DNA of 64,000 bases, taken from NCBI GenBank assembly GCA_951406725.2, contig OX597823.1:90210001-90274000 (forward strand), given 5' to 3'. Position numbers and translations under genes: made by a program. Within the stretch, counting starts at the first letter, position 1. Every line of letters starts with the position of its first letter. This DNA comes from Octopus vulgaris. Its lineage: Eukaryota. This document shows, piece after piece, positions 25,270 through 37,668 of the stretch. A model generated the notes under the pieces. It ran no database searches and was not told the origin of the DNA. It saw nothing but the letters and a program-made list of their open reading frames with translations.

Positions 25270-26146
25270 GATTTTACTGTGCCTCACAAATTGTCATCGA
25301 TGGGGATATCTGCAGTGGGCTCAAAAACGTCAGAACTGGTGATATCAGCAGTGGAGGACTGTAGTCTTCTCTGGTGAAGGTCGATATTGCATTTCTGTGG
25401 CAGATGGAAGAGCTAGGGTTTGGAGAAGAAGGGGTGAATGTCATGATGATGGCCGTGTGGTGGAGAGACTCATGGGGAGGACAGAGCATAATGGTATGGG
25501 GCGGGATTGCACTCAACCAGAAGCTTGGACTGGTGGTCTTCCAAAACATAGCCAAGGCTGGGGCAATGGAGTAACCACTGCTCGCTATATCGACCAAATA
25601 TTGAGACCTCACATTGTGCAATACTTTGCTCATCAACGGAATCATGTGTTCCAGCATGACTACGTCCGTGCCCACACTGCCAGTTTGACAAGACTTCCTC
25701 CAACAGAACAACATCCAGAAACTGCCATGTCCTGCCCCAAGTCTGGACTTGAACCCCATAGAGCAGCTGTGGGATGAAATCCAAAGGCTAAATGACATCT
25801 GTCCAAGGCTGACAACTGCGGCACAACTCACTGCAAGTTTTAACAGAGTGTGGGCGGTTGTCTCCATGGCCTTCATCAATTGTTTGGTGCATTCAATGTA
25901 CATAAGATGTCTGGTGGTAATCAACACCAATGGTGGTCACACAAGATATTGAGTTCATCCCTTTGGATCCAGTGCACTCTGTCATCATGTGACACCATGT
26001 GTCATCAAACATCTTTCAGGAAATGACGTTTTATCATTAGGAATGAACGGTTTCTTAATTAGCAATCTTCAACCAATGTTATGGCAGTCTGTTAATAAAC
26101 CCGTTTTTATCTAGTATGTGTGCAATGTTTCTTTTGAGGTTCAGTA
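25270..26146 (+). mobile_element. Tc1-like transposon remnant (catalytic domain pseudogene and right end)
   Basis: LQWAQKRQNW, ADGRARVWRRRGE, GGQSIMVWGGI, RYIDQILRPHI, VFQHDYVRAH, LNPIEQLWDEI and NGGHTRY-stop at 25952; probable terminus GTTCAGTATA near 26146. Confidence 0.9.
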
Positions 26147-27838
26147 TATATATATATATATAATATATATATAATAGAATATATAATAGATTGCTAACCA
26201 CTAAACCTTTTTTTATTTTCTCTCCCTGTTTATTTCTGTGTTCCTTTCTTTTGAAGAGCATAGGCTCGAAAAGTAAAAGACTATCTCACTTCCCAAGTGT
26301 TAAACTACTACATCTGTTTGTTGTTTACTCACCTGTCTTTGTCTTTTGTTTTTTTGTAAATTCTCACTATATATATATATAAATATATATATATAAATGT
26401 TTGTGTGTATGTAAGACTGTATGTTTGTGTGTACCCTTGCCTAGACATCACGATAGTTGTAAATGTGCATCATCATCATCATACAAGTGAGGTTGTTCAT
26501 TTCCAGTCTTCTGTAAAAAAAACATGTCTCATCATGCAGAAAATATTATCTTGCATGAATAAAACTGAGAAAGAGCATCCAGCTGTAGGAAATCTGCCTC
26601 GGACTTATGACCGAGTAGACTTCCAATCCAAGTTGTTCCAGCCATGACCATCCCATGTAGTGTGACCATCCTTTGTAGTGTGAGTTTTGCCCAATCTGAC
26701 AGCTCCCTTCCTTAAACATTTCTTTGACTACAGCAAATATAAAATTGATATAGGTGGCCTATATAAAGTACACACCCTATGCTATCACTCTATATACCTC
26801 ACTTCTGAGTTAATTCTAATCCTGATTTTAAATACATAATGGCATTCATAAAGTGGCCACACCCTATGAAGTTTGCACACCCAGTATATATCCTGTTGCT
26901 ATGCTACTGAACCATCCCCTCTTTTTTTTCAGGCATCATGCACCAAAGACCACATTATTTAATGTGTCCTTCTTTCTTAAAATAGTGGGGATGTGATTTG
27001 AGGGAGATATGGCTGCTATTTCTAGCAGGTCAACTGACCACATCATAAGGGCTTACGTGTTTACCAGTGATTAATTTAATCAAATTAAGGGGTATATGAA
27101 GTGCTGAATGGTTAAAAAGTGTACCACCTACAACCACAAGATCCTGATTTCAATCACAGAGTGCTGCACCTCTTGCTACAGTTTCTAGTCCAGCCTAAGC
27201 TTTAGAGCATTGGGTAAAACACCTTGTAGTATTGTCCTGGTTCTTAGTGTCTGACAACTCTGGGGCCAGAAGGTATCAGCCCCACACAGCAGTCTTTGCC
27301 TTGGATAAACATTGGAGGCTTGGAGAGAGGAAGCTTACATCCATGGGCAACTGCTAGTCTTTCTTGAAAAACCTTACCAACCACATGGTTCCGGATTCAG
27401 TCCCACTGTGTGGCACCTTGGGCAAGTATCTTCTACTATAGCCTCAGGCTGACCAAAGCCTTGTGAGTAGATTTGGCAGATGGAAACTGAAAGAATCCCA
27501 TTGTATATATGTATATATATGTGTATGTTTGTGTGTCTGTGTTTGTCCCCCCAACATTGCTTGACAACCGATGCTGGTGTGTTTACATCCCCGTAACTTA
27601 ACGGTTCAGCAAAAGAGGCCGATAGAATAAGTATTAGTCTTACAAAGAATAAGTCCTGGGGTTGATGCTCAACTAAAGACGGTGCTCCAGCATGGCCACA
27701 GTCAAATGACTGAAACAAGTAAAAGAGAGTAAAGAGTATATATATATAAAATAATAATAATAATAAAAGGGTAAAATTAATTAATAATTAATAATTTTAC
27801 CAAGTAGTTTGGTATGTTAAAATAACCATTTTAGATAG

Positions 27839-28041
27839 AAATAATCTATAATTATAAACATAATTATAATCAGGGTTCAGCTAATTGCTTTGCCATGCGC
27901 CGAATTTAGAAATAGGAGTTAAAATGCCTTTTCTGCTACCATAAAAGATCTCCCACGTGTGGATTTATTTCTAAAGTCAGTGCGTGACGAAGCAATTAGC
28001 TGATGCCTGATTATAATTATGTTTATAATTATAGATTATTT
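27839..28041. repeat. Inverted repeat with 76-bp arms and 51-bp spacer
   Basis: 27839-27914 (AAATAATCTATAATTATAAACATAATTATAATCAGG...) is the approximate reverse complement of 27966-28041. Confidence 0.9.
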
Positions 28042-28263
28042 GTATACATACATATATATACACTTTTACTCTTTTATTTGTTTCAGTCATTTAGCTGTGG
28101 CCATGCTGGAGCACCACCTTTAATCGAGCAAATTGACCCCAGGACTTATTCTTCGTAAGCCTAGTACTTATTCTATCGGTCTCTCTTACCGAACCACTAA
28201 GTTACGGGGATGTAAGCACACCAGCATCGGTTGTCAAGCGATATTGGGGGGACAAACACATAT

Positions 28264-28299
<36 letters not shown>

Positions 28300-28748
28300 A
28301 TATATATGATGGGCTTCTTTCAGTTTCCATCTACCAAATTCACTCACAAGGCTTTTTCAGCCCGAGCCTATAATAGAAGACACTTGCCCAAGGTGCCACA
28401 CAGTGGGACTGAATTCGGAACCATGTGGTTCATAAGCAAGCTACTTACCACACAGCCACTCCTACACCTATATATATATATATATATATTTTTTTTTTTC
28501 ATGAATATATTATTATTATTATTATTATCATTATTAAGGTGGTGAGCTGGCAGAACTGTTAGCATGCCATGCATAATGCTTAACGGTATTTTGCCTGTCT
28601 CTACATTCTGAGTTCAAATTTTGACGAGGTTGACTTTGCCTTTCATCCTCTTGGGGTTGATAAAATAAGTACCAGTTGCATACTGGGGTCGATATAATCG
28701 ACTCATCCCCTCCCCCAAAATTGTTGCCCTTGTGGCAAAATTTGAAAC

Positions 28749-28781
<33 letters not shown>

Positions 28782-30119
28782 GGCAGTGAGCTGGCAGAAT
28801 CATTAGCACACTGGGCAAAATGCTTAGTGTTATATAGTCTGTCACTATGTTCTGAGTTCAAATTCCTCTTAAGTTGACGTTGCCTTTCATCCTTTCGGGG
28901 GTTGATAAATTAAGTACCAGTGGAGTACTGGGAGTTGATGTAATCAACTAGTCCCCTCCCCCCAAATTTGAGGCCTTGTGCCTTCAGTAGAAAGGATTAT
29001 TATTATTATTATTATTATTATTATTTAGCTAAAAATATATGTAATTTCTACCAAATGTATTCAATGCCTCTTGTGTTTTTTTTTTACTCACTCAGTCAAT
29101 GACAGGAATATCATAAAAAGGGACTTGTCTCTCATGTCAGTTCATAACGTCTGCCTTTCTGGTCTCTGCTACTGAAGAGGAGATAATCACTTCAAAATGC
29201 ATGCATCCCATAGTCTGGTTAGATGCTGACTTGGGCAGACTTGGCATATTTACACCTATCTATGGTTTGTAGGGATGCAGTATTTCATTATGCAACCATA
29301 ATATACTATAAAGTACATTAAGCGTTTTTATAATTCAATACTGTGTTCTACTGTGTTAGCAGTGCTATTACATCATTTGTTAAGGATAGGATGAAAAAAG
29401 CTATGGCATATACACCCATTACCCATTTTTTCATCCTTGATCTCATTGTTTGTTTACATCTGATGTCTTGGATATAAAACATAGCAAAAATCAGTACTTT
29501 TACTATTTTACTTGTTTGAGTCATTTGACTGTGGCTATGCTGGAGCACTGCCTTTTGTCGAGCAAATCGACCCCAGAGTTTATTCTTTGTAAGCCTAGTA
29601 CTTATTCTATCGGTCTCTTATGCTGAATCACTAAGTTACGGAGATGTAAACACACCAGCATCAGTTGTCATGCGATGTTGGGGGGACAAACACAAATATA
29701 TACACATATATACATACATATACACAAAGGGATTCTTCCAGTTTCCATCTCCCAAATCCACTCACAAGCCTTTGGTCGGCCCAAGGCTATAGTAGAAGAC
29801 ACTTGCCCAACGTGCCATGCAGTGGGATTGAACCTGGAACCATGTGGTTGGTAAGCAAGCTACTTATCACACAGCCACTCCTGTGCCCTATAATTTCTAA
29901 AGAAAATCTGTAGAGATGACCTCAACAAGTTACACCTATTTGTTAATTGTGAGAAATTTTTTCTCCATAACAAAACCAGGTGAGTGACTTCCTTATGGGT
30001 TCGAATATGCTTCAGACATGTTTGAACTGGTAACAAATTTATATTGATACACATCACTGCTCAGCACTATCCATCCATCCATCCACCCATCAATCAATCA
30101 ATTAATCAATCGATCAATC

Positions 30120-30435
30120 TATCATAGCTGCATCCTCGTTACATGAGAAAAGCCATTGCCAAGAAGTCTTACTGAAATCATTATTGTTGTCATGTGATGC
30201 CCTTATATGACTTTTAAGCCTGGCCAGACTTTTACACATTTTATTAGATACTGGACAACTGTGCTGGCTGGCAGGAGAAACAGGTGCTACCATATGCACT
30301 CTCTTAATATGGCTTTTCAGAGAGGGTGTTGCTGTTTGTGTGTGGTTTGTGGGAGGAGGTGTTTGAGTCGTGCAGGCCTGGTGAGCCATCAAAAATCTCA
30401 CAGGGATCGACTCATGATGAACAGTGATGCGGCTA
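30120..30435. mobile_element. Two RTE-type LINE 3' ends in divergent orientation
   Basis: Minus strand CPVSNKMCKSLARLKSHIRASH and plus strand CVVCGRRCLSRAGLVSHQKSH; each runs into a microsatellite tail. Confidence 0.6.
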
Positions 30436-33400
30436 TTAAAATTCACAACAGAACATACATACATACACACATACATGCACACGCATGCGAGCATGTGCAC
30501 ACACACGCACACATATACATGCATATGCACACACACATGCACATGCAGACACACGTGCATGCACACACACGCATACACATGCATGCATACACATGTATGC
30601 ATACACATACACACATACACGTGCATACACACACACATGCACGCACACACACATGCATGCATACACACATACACACGCACGCACACACATGTATACACAC
30701 ATGTATACACACATGCATACACACAAACATATCCATACACACACATGCATACACACACATGCATACACACACATGCATATACACACATACATTCATGTGT
30801 ATGGGGTTGACATATATTTTTTTATTCTTTCCTTTTAGTTTAGTCATTTGACTGTGGCCATGCTGGATCACTGCATTTAGTTAAACAAATCAACCCCAGG
30901 ACTTATTCTTTGTAAGCCTAGTACTTATTTTATCGGTCTGGTTTGCCGAACCATTAAGTTATAGGGATGTAAACACACCAACATCAGTTGTCAAACGAGC
31001 GATGGTGGAGGAACTAACACAGATACACAAACATGTACGTATATATACATATATATATGTCGAAAGTAAAAGAATTTGAATAGTATCTGCATTCAACTCC
31101 ATTTATTTACTTATATATATAATGGACTTCTTTCAGTTTCCATCTACCAAATCCACTCACAAGGCTCTTGTCGGCCCGAGGCTATAGTAGACGACACCTG
31201 CCCAAGGTGCCACTTGGTGAGACTGAACCCGGAACTATGTGGTTGGTAAACAAACTACTTACCACACAGCTGCTCTTGCACATGCATGCGTACATATATA
31301 CAAACAAATAAGACAGACTTCTTTCAGTTTTCACCGACCGAATCTATTCACAAGGATTTGGCTATTAACTAGGATGTCTTGGGTTCAAATTTTGCAAGAG
31401 ACACGATATTGTGTTTGTGGATGAAATGAAAAGAAAATAATTTACTTTAACATGTACCACTTACCTTAGCCATAAATAGAGAGTACCGTGTAGGAAGAAA
31501 ACACATCTGTAAACACAGACATCTAAATATAATCGATAAATATTTCATTGTTGTGTAGATCAAGCAGATCTATGATCAAAGGTATTCCATCCACGACCAT
31601 CCATCCTACAGTTTTGTTTCAGCTATTGTGTATATGCTCCAAGGCTTTGTAGCCAACATTAAACTTCTCTACTCCATGATGTAAAATGTAATCTTCTGTC
31701 TGAATTCATTTAGATAATGAGTATGTCCCTTACTGTTTTTTGGATGGTAGGGAACCAGGGCTTGATTTGAGGGAGATCTGATTATCATTTGTAGGAGACA
31801 AAGTAGGAATATAGAGGCTCTCTTGAATGATATCCCATTAGTTTGTAGTACTGAGCTTAAATTCTTTTACCAACTTGTAAGTTTAAGAGGGAGAAGAAAG
31901 TTTCGCCAGCTGACTTAATAGAAAGCAAAAGAAAAAAATAAAACCAGCCAAAAAGAGACCACAAGCTCATGTTACTTACCTCATGTAAACAAACACATTC
32001 CCTCGATATAACTGAGAACTTGATAAACAGCATATTTTCTCATGTTATACACCACCCTTAAATATCTCATTTCTGGTGTCACTAACTACTGCTAAATAAC
32101 ATATTTTCCGATTAGAGACTGCTGAATCATAACATTTATGATACTAACCAACACTTAACATATTTATGGTGTCATTAATGACTGCAAAATAGTAACATTT
32201 ATGATGTTACTAAGGACTGCTGCCTATCATATTTATAATGTTATTGACCGTCATTATCATTGTTATTTTAATGTCCATTCCATTAAAGGCGGCGAACTGG
32301 CAGAGACGTTAGCATGCTGAGTGAAATGCTTAGCAGTATTTCGTCTGTCATTATGTACCGAGTTCAAATTCCGCCGAGATTGACTTTGCCTTTCATCCTT
32401 TTGGGGTCGACGAATTAAGTACCAGTTGCATACTGGGGTCGATCTAATCGACTGGCCCCACTCCCCAGAAATTTCAGCCCTTGTGCCTAGAGTAGAAAAG
32501 AATGTCCATTCCATGCTTGCATGGGTTAGATGGAATTTGTTGAGGTAGATTATGGAATAGATGGAATTCATTGTAGGGCAGCGAGCTGGCAGAAGCGTTA
32601 GCACACCGGGCGAAATGCTTAGTGGTATTTCGTCTGCTGCTATGTTCTGAGTTCAAATTCTGCCGAGGTCGACTTTGCCTTTCATCCTTTCGGGGTCGAT
32701 TAAATAAGTACCAGTTACACACTGGGGTCAATATAATTGACTTAATCTGTTTGTCTGTCCTTGTTTGTCCCTTCTGTGTGTAGCTCCTTGTGGGCAGTAA
32801 AGAAATGAGATGGAATTTGTTGAGGTAGAAGGGCTGCATGCCTTTCTTGTCACCAACCCTCACTTATTTTCAAGCAAGGTAGTATTTCTCCATGGCTAGA
32901 CTCGTTTTTCTGTATGGAAGACAGGAAATGAACAGCACCACTTGTATGTTGGTGATGCTCATTTACAACCATCTGTATGTGTCTTTGGCGCTATGTCCTG
33001 AGCCCCCAAATGCTTGACAACCAGTGTTGGTTTGTTTATGTCTCCATAACATTGGCCGTTTAGCAAAAGAAGCTGATAGCATGAGTACCAGACTTTGAAA
33101 CAAGCACTGGTGTTAATTTGTTCAGCTAAATCCTTCAAGGTGGTGCTCCAGCATGGGACACCACCATGAAATAAATGAAAGGTTAAAGAGTAAAGAAATG
33201 AAAGGTTAATAAATGAAATAAAGAAATGAAAGGTTTAAGATAAAAGACTGGAAACCATAATGATGGAATTGTCATAGATGTGTTCAAGTAAGGGTGACCT
33301 AAAGCTCAGGATCAACAACACCACCATTAATTTTACTAAACACTGGTCAAGACCCTATTTTTCATATTGTTTAGATTCCAGTCAATCTTGATTGAGCAGA

Positions 33401-35265
33401 TTTATGATTGAAAGTACTCCAGCTGTGACCATTCCATCTATTTGTATGTCAAATACATTATGCAATGTCCCTGCTCTATTGAAGATGGCTGGGTATGATT
33501 TGGGGCACATTTAGCTGCTATTTCTTACATATTCATCCACCCTGTAGTGGCCTCCATATAGGTTTGCTTGCCTTTTATTCACCACATTTCTGATGTCATA
33601 AACTTAGATTGGTTCCGTGTTTCTCTGGGATTGGTAAAATTGATATAGACGCCTCTGATGAGATTCCAATAAGATTCAAAAGGTTGTTCATCATTTTTCC
33701 AATCTATGAAGAAATAACTAAATTAGCCCTGAAATTGTGCCGCCTGACTGGTACCCATGTGGCCTGACTAGCACCTGTGCCAGTGACATGTAAAAAGCAC
33801 CATTTGAGTGTGGTCAATGCCAGTGTGGCCTGACTGGGTCCCTTGTGGCCTGACTAGCACCTGTGCTGGTGATATGTAAAAAGCACCATTCAAGCGTGGT
33901 CGATGCCAGTGCTGCCTGACTGGCTCCCATGCTGGTGACATGTAAAAAGCACCCACTACACTCTTGGAGTGGTTGGCATTAGGAAAGGCATCCAGCTGTA
34001 GAAACCTTGCCAGATCAAATTGGAGCCTGGTGCAGCCTCCTGGCTTGCCAGTCCTCAGACAAACCGTCCAACCCATGCCAGCATGAAAAGCAGACGTTAA
34101 ACAATGATAATGATACAGTGTGGACTGAGATCCCTGTATGCAAATTAGGAGCTCCAGTTTTCTGTAGCTATTGTGATTTTTTAGTATATAAACAGAGTGA
34201 CTGCCTGTTTCCCTGGAATTGATGAAATTGATGTAGACACCTTTGATGAGATTGTGTAAGATTCAAAAATTGATTAAGGTTGTCCATCATTTTCTTCAGT
34301 CTATGGAGTAATAGCTAAATTAGCCCTATTTATATAGATACTATACAGGTTACATATATTGTATTATACATTTATACTGTGTGGATAGAGGTCTTTACTG
34401 ACAGGTGTCTGATTGCAAGAAGGTTACAGTTAACCTAATAGCTTCTCTAATACTTCTCTGATAATGGATTTCATTGATTGATAGACAGACACACAGAAAC
34501 CAACTTTGGTTGGATTACAGTTCTGTGTAAGTCATTAATCACAAAAATTGTAATTTTTCTTTCTTACCATTTTTTTTTCAATTATTTACAAAATTTATGG
34601 AGAGTAGAAAATATTTTTCACAAGGACAAGGAACAAATATTTAAAAAAATGGAAACATCAATTAGCAGAGTTGGCACTCTTTAAACGATTGTAAAATTTC
34701 ATTTTATTTTATTTTATTCTGTATGGTAGGGTTGGATCTGAGGGTAGAGTAGGGAATAGTGGAGGGGGGTACATTGTATCTGGAGAAAAAAATATGAGAC
34801 TTTTGTCATAAATTTTGGCTACAGAAAATCTGTATATATACATATATGTTTGTATTTATATATATGTAGGTATATACATGTGTTTATATGTAGGTATATA
34901 TACATATATGTATTTATACATGTATAAGTGTATATATGTGAATATATATACATACACACACACGCACATACAAACATATGTGTTTTTTTTTAACAAAGAC
35001 CATTCATAACATAATATCTGATATATTTCATAGAAATAAATCTTGATAACATTTGACCTTCAGAAAATATTTGAATAATCTATGCAAGATGATAGATTTT
35101 TTTATTATTTTATATAAACCTTTCAACATGAAATCCCATTGTTTTTTTTTTATGGTTTTGATTTTAGTGTAATATATATTTATATATATATGTGTATATA
35201 TATATATTTTATATGTATCTTGTCTTGGGGGTGGGTATATTTATAATATTCTTCAACCATTCTTT

Positions 35266-36309
35266 CTAATCATCACTTTTGTAGGTGTTTGTTACGTCAG
35301 TTTTATTAAGACAACATGGCCATGCAAACTTACGATTAATCATTTTGAACAAACGTTTGTTATACGGTTGAAAGAATGTTCGAAGATTATCTAAAATATG
35401 TGGGTCTACTTTGGCATGCCTGCGTCCTTTACCGCTAGACAAACACCTCTCAGTTGTTGTATTCCTCATACAATAGAAGCCACGTGTTGAATTAAAATAG
35501 AAATTATCTGCAGTGAATTTGTGTTCTAACTTCAAGAATGTTTCAACTTTACGAAGTTCGTGAAGTGGATTGTGCAGAAGAATGTCCCCATCAACAAAAT
35601 GCATCTGTTCTATCGGGAATAATCGCAGCCATCTCAATAGATGTTTGCAATATATACTCGTGTCCACTGCTCGGTAGTCCGTGTCAACTTTACTAATCAT
35701 AGGGTTCATTACAAGGTCTTTAAACTGGAAGCAAGTCTTATTCTCTGCCATTCGATTGTGGCACACCTGCGTATAATCCGATATGACACGGATCGTCGGG
35801 TCACGGAAGATAATCAAAAGTTTAATGGTTTGGTTCATTTTATAGATTCTTTCTGGAACCTTTTTAGTTATAAAATAAGCAGGTGTTTTTTCTATTGTGA
35901 TTTCATCTTCGTAAGTGTATGGCATTTCTTTTCGATACCATTCTAAACCTTTTTTGTAATTGTGTTCTTTGTTGAAAAAGTGCATTTCGGACTTTGAGAT
36001 TTGTATATTTGGATGGATTGACAGGAATTCCAGCAAAGCACGAGTACCACATTTCCTAACACCAATTATTATACAGTTTGGGTTTCTTTGAAGTAAGTTA
36101 CCAGAATGATTTTTTCTTTCGGACTGTTCTTGAAGTAACCTGCGATATATACTCTGTGGGAAGCTGTGTCCAAGAGGATTGGTTCGTGTTGGAAGAATAT
36201 TCATTATTCCTCTTTGATTGAAGATTAAAGACATGAAGAAATACTGGATGGCCAGAATGAACAGGCACACCCAATATCGTAAGTTCCTTGGCGGTGCCAT
36301 CTTAAACAT
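35266..36309 (-). CDS. HS3ST1: Heparan sulfate glucosamine 3-O-sulfotransferase (HS3ST1/HS3ST5-like, Hs3st-A group), 347 aa, single coding exon
   Basis: N-terminal hydrophobic anchor (YWVCLFILAIQYFFMSLIF); 5'-PSB loop IIIGVRKCGTRALLEFL; catalytic EMHFF; EKTPAYF; 3'-PB RDPTIRVISDYTQ; FYFNSTRGFYC...CLSSGKGRRH. Uninterrupted ORF. HS3ST1 versus HS3ST5 cannot be resolved by eye. Confidence 0.97.
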   Translation of the reverse strand: MFKMAPPRNLRYWVCLFILAIQYFFMSLIFNQRGIMNILPTRTNPLGHSFPQSIYRRLLQEQSERKNHSGNLLQRNPNCIIIGVRKCGTRALLEFLSIHPNIQISKSEMHFFNKEHNYKKGLEWYRKEMPYTYEDEITIEKTPAYFITKKVPERIYKMNQTIKLLIIFRDPTIRVISDYTQVCHNRMAENKTCFQFKDLVMNPMISKVDTDYRAVDTSIYCKHLLRWLRLFPIEQMHFVDGDILLHNPLHELRKVETFLKLEHKFTADNFYFNSTRGFYCMRNTTTERCLSSGKGRRHAKVDPHILDNLRTFFQPYNKRLFKMINRKFAWPCCLNKTDVTNTYKSDD

Positions 36310-36385
36310 AAATCAGTCAGTAGATTCTTCATATAAAACAATGGTAAAATCCGAAATTGTTAATCTTGGTTTTTTTTCTCCGGAT

Positions 36386-36412
36386 CTGAAAAATAAAGAG
36401 AAAAGAATAAAT
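36386..36412 (-). promoter_or_regulatory. Splice acceptor of the HS3ST coding exon
   Basis: Minus strand TTATTCTTTTCTCTTTATTTTTCAG then ATCCG; the exon starts at 36385, 76 nt before the ATG. Confidence 0.85.
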
Positions 36413-36638
36413 CTAATGAAAATATCAAAGAAGTAAGACAAAGAAAGAGGATTAAAAATTTTAAATGTCCAATTTGATATGAAATGTAAATGTTCCTGGC
36501 AGTTAATAGTTTATTGTGTTCAGGGCTACTGCAAGTTTTCAGAGAAGCATAAAAGATGGGGTAGAAAGCATCAATTAATTGCTAGTAGGGACACCATATT
36601 TTGTTTTGCAATTATAATTTACGACCAAATATATTATT

Positions 36639-36967
36639 TAGTTCTATATTTCAAAGATGAGGAATTATGTACATTATTTACATTTGACAGATATTTGTCC
36701 TCATCTTGTTTGTTGTTAACACTATGGGCATATGGCGTAGTGGTTAAGAGTGCAGGGTATTAACCCCAAGATTCCGAGTTCGATTCCAAGCAGTGACCTG
36801 AATAATAATGATAATAATATCGAAAAATACCTTAGGAATGAGAACACAAGTTCGAAATTTCCCCAAGACACCTGATGAAGGCTGTGGGGTATATCAGCCG
36901 AAACGTAGTGTTAACAACAAACAAGATAAGGACAAATATCCGTCAAATGTAAATAATGTAAATAAAG
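36639..36967 (+). mobile_element. tRNA-headed short element with hammerhead motif and inverted tail copy (Penelope-related SINE candidate)
   Basis: A box TGGCGTAGTGG (36733), B box GAGTTCGATTCC (36776); inverted arms 36670-36724 and 36906-36960; flanking duplication TATATTATT at 36630-36638 and 36968-36976; partial second copy at 38164-38275. Confidence 0.78.
36868..36911 (+). ncRNA. Minimal type I hammerhead ribozyme motif
   Basis: ACAC-CTGATGA-A-GGCTG-(10 nt loop)-CAGCC-GAAA-C-GTA-GTGT: intact core, 4-bp helix I, 5-bp helix II, palindromic ACGT in place of helix III. Confidence 0.72.
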
Positions 36968-37668
36968 TATATTATTGTTGTAAAACAAAATATGGCGTTC
37001 CTACCAGCAATTGATATGTTCATAGAGGTTGCCAGAAATGTGTTTAATATGTAAAATTGGTCTCTCCGATAATGCTACTCTGCTAAACCTAGTGAGCATT
37101 TAAGCAATGTATTCATGGATGATTAATGAGTTGGCTCTGGTGCAGAAGAAGAAGAAATAACAACTGAAATATCCATATATACCCATCATCTACTTTTTCT
37201 GTCTTCGATTGCATTGTTTACGTTGGCACATTAAAATACGAAATGGTGCAACTTTCAGTGCTGGCTCTAAATTCTATAGAAAATCTCTAGAGATACACTT
37301 CAAAAACAAAATGGAAGCAATAAGTCTTGAACAGTAAAAGAGTCAGAAAGAGGAAAGGATGCATAGGGAGGTCAGGAATAGTGTTGGGGAATTTCGAGAA
37401 GCCTAGAATTTATGAAGGGTGCCATGTCCTGACAGCTAGCAATTGATGTGGGTAGTTCATTCCATACTTTGATTATTTTGAATGTCGATATAGGAGTAAA
37501 GCAGCAGTAGAATGCCCTAAGAAAATTATTTTAAAAAATAATAAGGAACTTATTGTATAGAGTAGCCAGGTGTATTACTGCTGACTGAAAGACTGACAAA
37601 AGAGGGGGACAAAAAGATAGCAATGATAGTCAAAGGAACATACGATGGTGAGTCAAACAGTAATGCTA

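Noticed and set aside
29090-29470. Minus-strand coding exon with signal-peptide-like MKKWVMGVYAIAFFILSL and splice-like ends
   Set aside because: Several in-frame stops follow immediately, so a single edited stop could not rescue it. It may be a non-coding exon but this is unsupported.
30114-30871. Long Cys/His-rich ORFs, also at 39.8-40.3, 47, 49.3 and 62.6-63.1 kb
   Set aside because: Translations of CA/TA microsatellites.
35641-35946. Antisense ORF within HS3ST
   Set aside because: Shadow ORF of the coding strand with no independent evidence.
36726-36798. Functional tRNA gene
   Set aside because: A and B boxes are present but the acceptor and T stems do not pair properly; treated as a SINE head.
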